From: a virus
UHGV virus genome: UHGV-0148455
Length of the DNA: 41,411 nt
Direction: 5' to 3' (one strand)
The translations under genes were made by a program, and so were the position numbers. Below the pieces are notes generated by a model that was not told the DNA's origin, ran no database searches, and saw only the letters and a program-made list of their open reading frames with translations. Position 1 is the stretch's first letter, and each line of letters begins with the position of its first letter. Below are positions 1 through 6,505 of the stretch, in pieces.

Positions 1-493
1 CGATACCAACGCCATTACTCATGATTAAACCTAAGTTTACTGGAATACTACTTCTTGCAAATATCTGTAAGTATTCATCATGTCGCATAAAGGCTTTAAC
101 TCCAGTTGGTACTAATGTTGCTTCACCCTTAAATCTGAAAGCTGGTATTCTAATATCAGCACTGGCTATAAAATCAACCCCTGCACTATGAACAGTTGCT
201 TTTATTGGCAATTCTCCGTTCATCCCCTCGATTAATTCAAATCCTCTCATGTTCTCATCTCCTTTTAAGTCGTTTAAATTTATATTTAATGTTTTGGCGA
301 CCTTGACAATATCACCTAATTTTAGTGTGTTACTATTACCGTATTTCAAAGCTAATATTTTAGAATTAGTAACACCGCTTAATTTTGATAATTCAGCGTT
401 ATCTATTTGCAAATGTACCATTCTTGTGAATACCATTTTTTTAAATTCATTGATCGCTGTATTATCATTCTTTTTACTAACCTTCCATTTCAT
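1..493 (-). CDS. dut: 5' part of HTH(XRE-like)-dUTPase fusion ORF; dUTPase domain has an internal start at 250
   Basis: Hand translation: MKWKVSKK...NAELSKLSGVTNSKILALKYG...KVAKTLNINLNDLKGDEN-MRGFELIEG...SAGVDF...FARSS...SNGVGI, with no stop. RBS AAAGGAG precedes the ATG at 250. Confidence 0.85.
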   Translation of the reverse strand, partial: MKWKVSKKNDNTAINEFKKMVFTRMVHLQIDNAELSKLSGVTNSKILALKYGNSNTLKLGDIVKVAKTLNINLNDLKGDENMRGFELIEGMNGELPIKATVHSAGVDFIASADIRIPAFRFKGEATLVPTGVKAFMRHDEYLQIFARSSIPVNLGLIMSNGVGI

Positions 494-680
494 CAACTTC
501 ACCGTCTGGGAAAGCATACTGGCTTCGTTCATCAAATCCAACAAATATAATTCCAAGTACTCCTATTAGTACTCCAAAAATTCTTGAGAACTCAATGTTT
601 GTCATTATCATCATACAAATAGAAATGGTTGTAAGTGTTAAATATAAAGTATTAAATTTTCTTTTTCGTAATCTATTCAT
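477..680 (-). CDS. Small membrane protein, two predicted TM helices
   Basis: Basic N-terminus plus two hydrophobic stretches; translationally coupled to its neighbours. Confidence 0.65.
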   Translation of the reverse strand: MNRLRKRKFNTLYLTLTTISICMMIMTNIEFSRIFGVLIGVLGIIFVGFDERSQYAFPDGEVDEMEG

Positions 681-940
681 TAGCTTACACGCTCCATTTC
701 TCTTTCTTTTGCATTGATATAGTTGTAAATTCTAACCTTGTTAAATCGTTGGTTAGTTCTTGATGTCCCTTGAATATACAAATAAGAATTTTTAAGCGAT
801 TTTATTTCCTTAATATATTTCTTATATTTATTCGGGTTTGTTTCGTATTTTAAAAACTCAATCAATTCATTCTTATTTATCCAATCATCAGGATTTTCAA
901 TCAAATCTTGATAAGCGTTATAAAAGTTTTCTCCTTCCAA
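680..940 (-). CDS. Hypothetical early protein (possible excisionase-like DNA-binding protein)
   Basis: 86 aa ORF with RBS, a few genes downstream of cro. Function inferred from size and position only. Confidence 0.55.
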   Translation of the reverse strand: MEGENFYNAYQDLIENPDDWINKNELIEFLKYETNPNKYKKYIKEIKSLKNSYLYIQGTSRTNQRFNKVRIYNYINAKEREMERVS

Positions 941-946
941 ATTTAA

Positions 947-1159
947 TCACCTACTTTTAAATTTAATACATAATTTCCTTTTATTTTTTGAAAAACAATA
1001 ACTTCTGCCAAACACATCTAACTGTAACCAAGATTCAGCATATAATTTACTGTTCTCTTCATAAACCGTTAGATAGTGTTTTGTACCTAGCACTACTTTA
1101 GAGACTAAACCAACAGTTGCTAATGTTAGTGCTATTTTTGTTTTAGTTTTCATCATCAC
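947..1159 (-). CDS. Hypothetical phage protein
   Basis: 70 aa ORF preceded by a strong AGGAGG RBS. Confidence 0.65.
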   Translation of the reverse strand: MMMKTKTKIALTLATVGLVSKVVLGTKHYLTVYEENSKLYAESWLQLDVFGRSYCFSKNKRKLCIKFKSR

Positions 1160-1286
1160 TCCTCCTTCTATTCCACAAAAAATGTTTAAAAAACGATAAA
1201 TTATCCGTAATATAGAAAATATAAAATATTAATCCTAAGTAACATAACTCAAAAATAATAAATGCTATAAATTCGTTCCTACTCAT
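1143..1286 (-). CDS. Small hydrophobic protein, 47 aa (not in ORF track)
   Basis: MSRNEFIAFIIFELCYLGLIFYIFYITDNLSFFKHFLWNRRRSDDEN, with RBS AGAAAGGA. Confidence 0.55.
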   Translation of the reverse strand: MSRNEFIAFIIFELCYLGLIFYIFYITDNLSFFKHFLWNRRRSDDEN

Positions 1287-1288
1287 TG

Positions 1289-1432
1289 TTAATCCTTTCT
1301 TCTCGCTTGAAGAGTACTAATAATTTCTGAAAGAATAGTAGTTATTAATGTGTGCAATATCAAAATATATCCAACTATTGTTATTGCACTCATTAATTCA
1401 CTTTTTATCAGTTCAAAAAATTCTGCTAACAC
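1289..1432 (-). CDS. Small membrane protein, 47 aa (not in ORF track)
   Basis: GTG start after AAAGGAGG; MLAEFFELIKSELMSAITIVGYILILHTLITTILSEIISTLQARRKD. Confidence 0.6.
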   Translation of the reverse strand: MLAEFFELIKSELMSAITIVGYILILHTLITTILSEIISTLQARRKD

Positions 1433-1453
1433 TCTCACTCCTCCTTTCTCTTG

Positions 1454-1462
1454 TGTTATAAT
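1454..1462 (+). promoter_or_regulatory. Extended -10 promoter for the DUF2513-like gene
   Basis: TGtTATAAT directly upstream of RBS AAAGGAGGTG. Confidence 0.7.
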
Positions 1463-1486
1463 TACCTCAAAGGAGGTGAATTATAT

Positions 1487-1864
1487 ATGGAATTAAATTA
1501 CGACTGTATTCGAGATGTGTTGCTTGAGATTGAAAAAGTGACTACTTTCAATAAAGGGTTCACATTAAATAACAATCTTGAAAATTTACAGCAATACACT
1601 ATTGAAGAACTTCAATACCACTTTAGACAATGTGATTTAGCCGGATTTTTATACGATTATCAACCGTTCATGGACGGTGATATCAGTGTCTTAGATTTAA
1701 GTTTCCAAGGTCATGAATTCTTACATTCAATTAGAACTGATAAAGTATGGTTTAAAACTAAAGATATTTGTAAAGAATTAGGTATCAAAACGCTAAATGG
1801 TATCATTCAAATTTCTTCTCAAATCATTTCTCAAATCATTTCTGATAAGTTAGGTATTAGGTAA
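1487..1864 (+). CDS. DUF2513-like winged-helix protein, moron on the opposite strand
   Basis: MELNYDCIRDVLLEIE...LSFQGHEFLHSIR..KVW pattern; start moved to the ATG at 1487 after AAAGGAGGTG. Confidence 0.75.
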   Translation: MELNYDCIRDVLLEIEKVTTFNKGFTLNNNLENLQQYTIEELQYHFRQCDLAGFLYDYQPFMDGDISVLDLSFQGHEFLHSIRTDKVWFKTKDICKELGIKTLNGIIQISSQIISQIISDKLGIR

Positions 1865-2020
1865 CTTTTTACTCGCTATTGAATCTATCTCAACATCATC
1901 TACGATTAATTCAATAGTGAGTTTTGTTCTGTTAATATCAGCAACAATGGAATAACTAATTAACTTATCCAATTTAACATCGTTTAAATAGAATTTGTTG
2001 TTATTAATTGTAAATTTCAT
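1850..2020 (-). CDS. Hypothetical protein, 56 aa (not in ORF track)
   Basis: AGGAGG RBS; MKFTINNNKFYLNDVKLDKLISYSIVADINRTKLTIELIVDDVEID... Confidence 0.65.
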   Translation of the reverse strand: MKFTINNNKFYLNDVKLDKLISYSIVADINRTKLTIELIVDDVEIDSIASKKLPNT

Positions 2021-2162
2021 TCTCATTCCTCCTAATTTTCTCTACCCTCAATTCAATAGAGTTGGGGGTAATTTTTATGCTTGAATAATTTTTCCCATCT
2101 GTAACTACTGTTTCAGATTTTAATGTTTTTTTATTATTTATAATTTTTTCTTTTTTAACCAT
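2004..2162 (-). CDS. Hypothetical protein, 52 aa (not in ORF track)
   Basis: AAAGGAGG RBS; MVKKEKIINNKKTLKSETVVTDGKNYSSIKITPNSIELRVEK... Confidence 0.55.
   Translation of the reverse strand: MVKKEKIINNKKTLKSETVVTDGKNYSSIKITPNSIELRVEKIRRNENEIYN
2043..2076 (+). terminator. Intrinsic terminator for the DUF2513 transcript
   Basis: TACCCTCAATTC-AATA-GAGTTGGGGGTA then ATTTTT. The G-U pairs favour the + strand. Confidence 0.6.
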
Positions 2163-2189
2163 TATTTCCTCCTTTTGTTAAGTATTCAG

Positions 2190-2435
2190 TTAAACTAAAG
2201 AATTTCTTCGTTCTCTTTCGGGAACGTCTTCTGTAAAAAAAATAGATAAATTATTTTCGTTATAACCTAGAATTTTAACCATTTTTAAAAATTCATCTAC
2301 ACCGATATCAATAGTACCTAATTCTCTTTTAACATAAGGCGTTCTTGAACTCCACCCCATTTTATTAGCCATTTCTTCTTGAGATAATCCTTTAGCAACT
2401 CTTTCAGCTTTTAGTCTTTTAATATTTAATCTCAT
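2190..2435 (-). CDS. cro: Cro-like XRE HTH regulator
   Basis: LKAERVAKGLSQEEMANKMG HTH, divergent from cI. Confidence 0.88.
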   Translation of the reverse strand: MRLNIKRLKAERVAKGLSQEEMANKMGWSSRTPYVKRELGTIDIGVDEFLKMVKILGYNENNLSIFFTEDVPERERRNSLV

Positions 2436-2570
2436 GATAGCTCCTTTCTAAAATCGTTCTCTTTCGAGTACGATATAATCATAACATTGCTGTTCTCATT
2501 TGTCAACATTTTTTAGAAAAAAATATAAAAAATGTTTTTTTGCAATATTTATTGTATTCAAACGGGAACA
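2209..2570. promoter_or_regulatory. Four 18-bp imperfect palindromic operators (2209-2226, 2455-2472, 2491-2508, 2553-2570)
   Basis: CGTTCTCTTTCGGGAACG, CGTTCTCTTTCGAGTACG, TGTTCTCATTTGTCAACA, TGTATTCAAACGGGAACA; consensus YGTTCTC-N4-GRGAACR. Confidence 0.8.
2478..2506 (-). promoter_or_regulatory. Lytic (cro) promoter
   Basis: -35 TTGACA, 17 bp spacer, TGt-TATGAT; overlapped by the operator at 2491-2508. Confidence 0.85.
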
Positions 2571-2580
2571 ATGGTATAAT
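2552..2580 (+). promoter_or_regulatory. Lysogenic (cI) promoter
   Basis: -35 TTGTAT, 17 bp spacer, TGg-TATAAT; overlapped by the operator at 2553-2570. Confidence 0.85.
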
Positions 2581-2606
2581 ATAATTATTAATAGGAGGTG
2601 ATTAAA

Positions 2607-3227
2607 ATGAAAACTAATAGAGAAGTAGTTGAATTAGTTAAAAAATTAACTGAAGAACAAAATATGTCAATGAGTGAGTTAAGTCGTAGGGTAGGAATAG
2701 CAAAATCTGCTATTTCAAGATATTTTAATGGCACTAGAGAATTACCACTTAATAAAATAGGTGACTTTGCTTCAGTATTACACACTACTCCTGATTACCT
2801 ATTAGGAATAGACTATGAACCTCCAAAACCACAGGGGCTTAAAATACCTGTATTAGGGACGGTGGCGGCTGGAATACCTATATCAGCTGTTGAGGATATA
2901 CTGGACTACGAGGAAGTGCCACAATCGTGGGAAAATCAAGGAGAGTTCTTTGCACTTAAAATCAAAGGTGACAGTATGGAACCTCGTATGGAAAGCGGTG
3001 ATGTTGTAATAGTAAAACAACAACCTGACGCTAATAGCGGTGATACTGTTATAGTTCTAGTAAACGGTGATGACGCTACTTGCAAAAAACTTCAGAAGAC
3101 TGATAATGGAATAATGTTAGTTTCTACTAACCCTAAATATCCGCCTATGTTTTATTCAACTGAAGATATTCAAACTAAACCAGTTGTGATATTAGGTAAG
3201 GTGGTAGAGTTAAGACAAAAATATTAA
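2607..3227 (+). CDS. cI: CI repressor (XRE HTH plus S24 autopeptidase, LexA-like)
   Basis: N-terminal HTH, VAAG cleavage site, GDSM catalytic Ser, TCKK catalytic Lys. ATG at 2607 follows AGGAGGTG. Confidence 0.95.
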   Translation: MKTNREVVELVKKLTEEQNMSMSELSRRVGIAKSAISRYFNGTRELPLNKIGDFASVLHTTPDYLLGIDYEPPKPQGLKIPVLGTVAAGIPISAVEDILDYEEVPQSWENQGEFFALKIKGDSMEPRMESGDVVIVKQQPDANSGDTVIVLVNGDDATCKKLQKTDNGIMLVSTNPKYPPMFYSTEDIQTKPVVILGKVVELRQKY

Positions 3228-3300
3228 ATCGTATCGAATTCAACACGGTAGGAATAATTTTAAATTAGACTTAAAATTAAATATATGATATAATGATATT

Positions 3301-3366
3301 AGATTAGAGGGCTATGCCCACCGTGAAGAAGTCTTATATCATTTGATAAAGGCTTCTTTTTCTTTT
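3301..3366 (+). ncRNA. Candidate ~65-nt small RNA with its own promoter and terminator
   Basis: -35 TAGACT (3266), 17 bp, TGa-TATAAT (3289). Hairpin GGGC-TAT-GCCC, then long stem AAGAAGTCTT/AAGGCTTCTT and a T tract. No RBS-led ORF. Confidence 0.6.
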
Positions 3367-3370
3367 AAAT

Positions 3371-3497
3371 AAAAAAAGTAGGCACTATTAAGCACCTACT
3401 AAAGGATAGAACTCCTTACCTTTTAAAATCGATTTTAAAAAGGCGATATTTTAAATATCTTTTAAAATAATCATGTAATTCTACATGAAGCCTCTAT
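3371..3497 (-). ncRNA. Candidate ~125-nt multi-hairpin small RNA, convergent with the previous one
   Basis: TGc-TACAAT at 3512-3504, four hairpins, then terminator AGTAGGTGCT-TAAT-AGTGCCTACT and a T tract. Confidence 0.55.
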
Positions 3498-3565
3498 GAA
3501 ATAATTGTAGCATATTTTAAACATATTTACTATTTTAAACTGGTGGAATTCGACCAGTTTAGACA

Positions 3566-3604
3566 AAATAAAAAAACTTCTACTTCGGCAAAAGTAAAAG
3601 TTTT
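3566..3604. terminator. Hairpin/terminator upstream of integrase (longer U tract on the minus strand)
   Basis: AAAACTTCTACTT-CGGCAA-AAGTAAAAGTTTT preceded by an A tract; an antisense TGa-TATACT lies near 3648-3656. Confidence 0.55.
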
Positions 3605-3691
3605 ATAGATATGTGTGATATATCCCGTTTCAAAAGATATATATCAAGTATATCACACATTTTCTTTATTAACAAGAAAGGTTGTGATTTT

Positions 3692-4717
3692 ATGTATAGA
3701 GAAGTAACTCACAATGGCAAATACAGATTTGTTCAATCATTTAAAGATAAGAACGGTAAAAATCGACGTGTATCTGTTGTTAAAAATAATAAGACTAGAG
3801 CAACTGAAAAAGAAGCATTCGAGGAATTACAAGAGAAGATCAATAAGATTTTAAATCCAGTTCAAGAGGTTCACAATTTAGGATATTATAAAGAAAAATA
3901 CCTGGAGTTTAAAAAGCCTACACTAGCTTACAATACATATAGATCTTATTATAATGCTTTAAAAAAATTAGAAGATACTGAAGAATTAAAGAACATTACT
4001 AAAATTAAATATGATAAAAAATTAATGGATATGAGGGGGGATTTTTCCCCTAGTGCAATAAAGTTAACTTGCACTATCCACAACGACTTTTTCAAATTCA
4101 TAAAAAAATACTATGTTCCAACCTTTGATGTAAAACTTGATTTTAAATTTACCAAAGAGGAAAAAGCGGTGGAATTACAAAAAGTTAAATATTTAGAGAA
4201 AGATGAAATACCTGGAATTTTGAAAAAAATTAAAAATAATACTGTTAGAAGTATTGCTGTTTTGCAATTGCATACAGGCTTAAGAATAGGAGAAGTGCTG
4301 GCACTCACTCCTAACGATGTTGATTTTAAAAGTAAAACTATTTCTGTTAACAAAACAAAATTAGGAAATGGAGAACTGAGTTCACCAAAAACATTATCAA
4401 GTATTCGAACTATAGAAATATCTGATTTCATAGCCAAATTATTACTTGATTACGTATCTTCTAATGAATTTATATTTAAGATAACCTATGGCGCTATATT
4501 AAAGAATTTAAAAGCTTTAAATATTCATACTCATATATTCAGGCATACTCACGTTGCTTTATTGATAGAACAAAATGTCCCTATCAAGGTAATATCGCAA
4601 AGATTAGGACATTCAGATATTACAACTACATTATCAATTTACACACATGTGACTGAGAATATGAAAACCAACTTAAGAAATAACCTTAACAACCTTTCCC
4701 CATTTTTTCCCTACTAA
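3692..4717 (+). CDS. int: Tyrosine recombinase (integrase)
   Basis: HTGLRIGE, HIFRHTH, LGHS and SIYTH catalytic motifs. ATG at 3692 follows AGAAAGG. Confidence 0.96.
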   Translation: MYREVTHNGKYRFVQSFKDKNGKNRRVSVVKNNKTRATEKEAFEELQEKINKILNPVQEVHNLGYYKEKYLEFKKPTLAYNTYRSYYNALKKLEDTEELKNITKIKYDKKLMDMRGDFSPSAIKLTCTIHNDFFKFIKKYYVPTFDVKLDFKFTKEEKAVELQKVKYLEKDEIPGILKKIKNNTVRSIAVLQLHTGLRIGEVLALTPNDVDFKSKTISVNKTKLGNGELSSPKTLSSIRTIEISDFIAKLLLDYVSSNEFIFKITYGAILKNLKALNIHTHIFRHTHVALLIEQNVPIKVISQRLGHSDITTTLSIYTHVTENMKTNLRNNLNNLSPFFPY

Positions 4718-4956
4718 TAAATTTAAAACACATACTGAGGTTGATGTTATCAGTTCCAGTACGTGTTTTTTATAATTATAACATATTATAGCCGTTTCTC
4801 TAAATTTGAAGTACAAAAAAATATATTTCAAGTATAAAACGTGCATTTATCAATATATTATAGCACATTTCAGGTATTTTAAAAAGTATCAATGTATATT
4901 TAAGGTTTAAGAGAAAAATTCAAGTATTTAGATGCTTTTTCCCTTTTTTTTCCCCA
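4695..4956. other. Probable attP region
   Basis: AT-rich non-coding DNA after int, flanked by paired TTTCCC(C/T) direct repeats (~4695-4712, ~4937-4956; arm-type-like), with internal TTCA(A/G)GTAT repeats. Core not identified. Confidence 0.6.
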
Positions 4957-4957
4957 T

Positions 4958-5146
4958 AAAAAAACAACCCCCGTTAGGAGGTTGAAAAAAATGTTTGCTA
5001 TTTATTTTATGGAAGGAAAACCGACTGCGGACGCTATTTTGTTATTATGATACATCGTATTAACCAAAAATAATATTTACAAGGAGAATTAGCGTCCCGT
5101 CTTGAAAAACTTTTATTAAAAGAAAGTTTAGGTTGTAATACCAACT
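4958..5146 (-). ncRNA. Candidate ~190-nt structured sRNA between lysin and attP
   Basis: -35 TTGATT (5181-5176), 17 bp, TGt-TAAAAT (5158-5153). Long-range stem GGACGCTA/TAGCGTCC; terminator CAACCTCC-TAAC-GGGGGTTG-T7. Confidence 0.65.
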
Positions 5147-5204
5147 AAATATATTTTAACATACGATTTTACGATAATCAAAGTTTGATCAAAAATTTTT
5201 TTAT

Positions 5205-5235
5205 AAAAAAAGCCCCTACTTATTAAGTAAGGGCT
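5205..5235 (-). terminator. Terminator at the end of the late/lysis operon
   Basis: AGCCCTTACTT-AAT-AAGTAGGGGCT followed by a T tract. Confidence 0.85.
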
Positions 5236-5241
5236 AAATAA

Positions 5242-6045
5242 TTAAAATACTTCAACTTCTGTTAAATATTTATCTTCAATCCATTGATCGCTGTCTTTAT
5301 AATTTACTCTACTCCAACCGCCTTTTTTCTCATACACACGTACTCTTGTGCCTGCTGGGACAAATTCCTTATCCTCGCTATCTTCTGTTGGCTGGCTTTC
5401 AAGAATGTAATCAATGCTTACTGTTGCTTCGTAATATGGTTCATCTCTTTTAGCAAGTTCAACATCTTCATCTAATATACTTTTCTCAACTACTGGCGGT
5501 TCAGTAACATCTCCAGCTAATAGTTGTTTAATTCTATTGATGAAATATTGTCTACAGGCTTCAGTTCCTGCTCCGTTGTATGCTCCACCATTTCCGTGAA
5601 GTTCCATACTTCTATGTGGGCATGATGTCGCACTAAATTCATGGTGTAATTTAACTGTATCTTCGTTGATTGGTAAGCCATAACTTTGTAAGACTTGACC
5701 AGCTAGTAATAGCGTTGCGTCTTCATTTGCTAAAAATTCACTATCAGAAGCGGACATTGATTGACACGCTTCAAAACCTATGAAATTACCATTTCCGTAA
5801 GGGTTTGCTGTATGCCATTCTTGTCGGTTAGATGGTTGGAATACATATACGTCATTTCTATCTACATAGTAGGCTGCGAAACCATTCGCTAATGTTCCGT
5901 TGTTTACTCTATCGACTAAAAAGCCGTCATATTGTCTAGCACTTAGTGATCCCCCATCATTGTGAATTACTACTCCTAGTATATCGTTTTTAGGTGGAGT
6001 GAAGAATACTCCGTTTTGAAAATAATCGCTATAAATTTCTGCCAT
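5242..6045 (-). CDS. Endolysin: N-acetylmuramoyl-L-alanine amidase (Amidase_2) plus C-terminal SH3b-like domain
   Basis: VVIHND, EWHTAN..GNGNFIGFE and LHHEFSATSCP motifs; C-terminal GTRVRVYEKKGGWSRV...QWI. Confidence 0.93.
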   Translation of the reverse strand: MAEIYSDYFQNGVFFTPPKNDILGVVIHNDGGSLSARQYDGFLVDRVNNGTLANGFAAYYVDRNDVYVFQPSNRQEWHTANPYGNGNFIGFEACQSMSASDSEFLANEDATLLLAGQVLQSYGLPINEDTVKLHHEFSATSCPHRSMELHGNGGAYNGAGTEACRQYFINRIKQLLAGDVTEPPVVEKSILDEDVELAKRDEPYYEATVSIDYILESQPTEDSEDKEFVPAGTRVRVYEKKGGWSRVNYKDSDQWIEDKYLTEVEVF

Positions 6046-6077
6046 TGTTTTTATCCTCCGTATTGTTTAATTAATAT

Positions 6078-6106
6078 AAAAAAGACTAGATTATGAACCT
6101 AGTCTT
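6078..6106 (-). terminator. Intrinsic terminator-like hairpin immediately upstream of the lysin
   Basis: AAGACTAGG-TTCATAA-TCTAGTCTT-TTTT. Confidence 0.7.
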
Positions 6107-6159
6107 CTATGTTTTTTCTCAACTTTTCTGCGTTTTTCTCAACTCTTCGCTGACAATTA

Positions 6160-6213
6160 CAAAAAGAACCCCTGTGTCAGTCGTAACTGCCTTATAGGAA
6201 CAGGGGCGTTGAT
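6160..6213 (-). ncRNA. abiF-motif-like small RNA (three-way junction), no adjacent Abi gene
   Basis: -35 TTGATA (6248-6243), 17 bp, TGg-TATAAT (6225-6220). Closing stem CCCCTGT/ACAGGGG encloses CCT-ATA-AGG and CAGT-TACG-ACTG, then a T tract. Family resemblance recalled, not searched. Confidence 0.6.
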
Positions 6214-6228
6214 ATTTATATTATACCA

Positions 6229-6492
6229 TTATTTGCCTGTATTATCAACGTTATCATTATTCCTTACAGTTTGTCTGTAAATTTGATGCGCACCAACTGC
6301 ACCAACTCCAAGTGTTATCGCTGCTGCATCTTTAAATAGGATAATTCCTATTAACCCTCCTAACACTCCTAAAAAATTAGGTATCATTTCATTAGGAAAG
6401 AATTTTGACTCTTTCAAAAATTTACCTAACATTCCCAGTAATGTTACTATTAAAAATACTAATGCTGGTTTTAAAAATTCTAATTGTTCCAT
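6229..6492 (-). CDS. Holin
   Basis: 87 aa, three hydrophobic segments, charged C-terminus, upstream of the lysin. Confidence 0.85.
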   Translation of the reverse strand: MEQLEFLKPALVFLIVTLLGMLGKFLKESKFFPNEMIPNFLGVLGGLIGIILFKDAAAITLGVGAVGAHQIYRQTVRNNDNVDNTGK

Positions 6493-6505
6493 TTGTTTAT
6501 CCTCC

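Noticed and set aside
4771..4812. att core as a dif-like site or as a host gene 3' end (minus strand reads ...SNLEKRL*)
   Set aside because: Poor match to the Firmicute dif consensus, and the gene-end idea cannot be tested without the host sequence.
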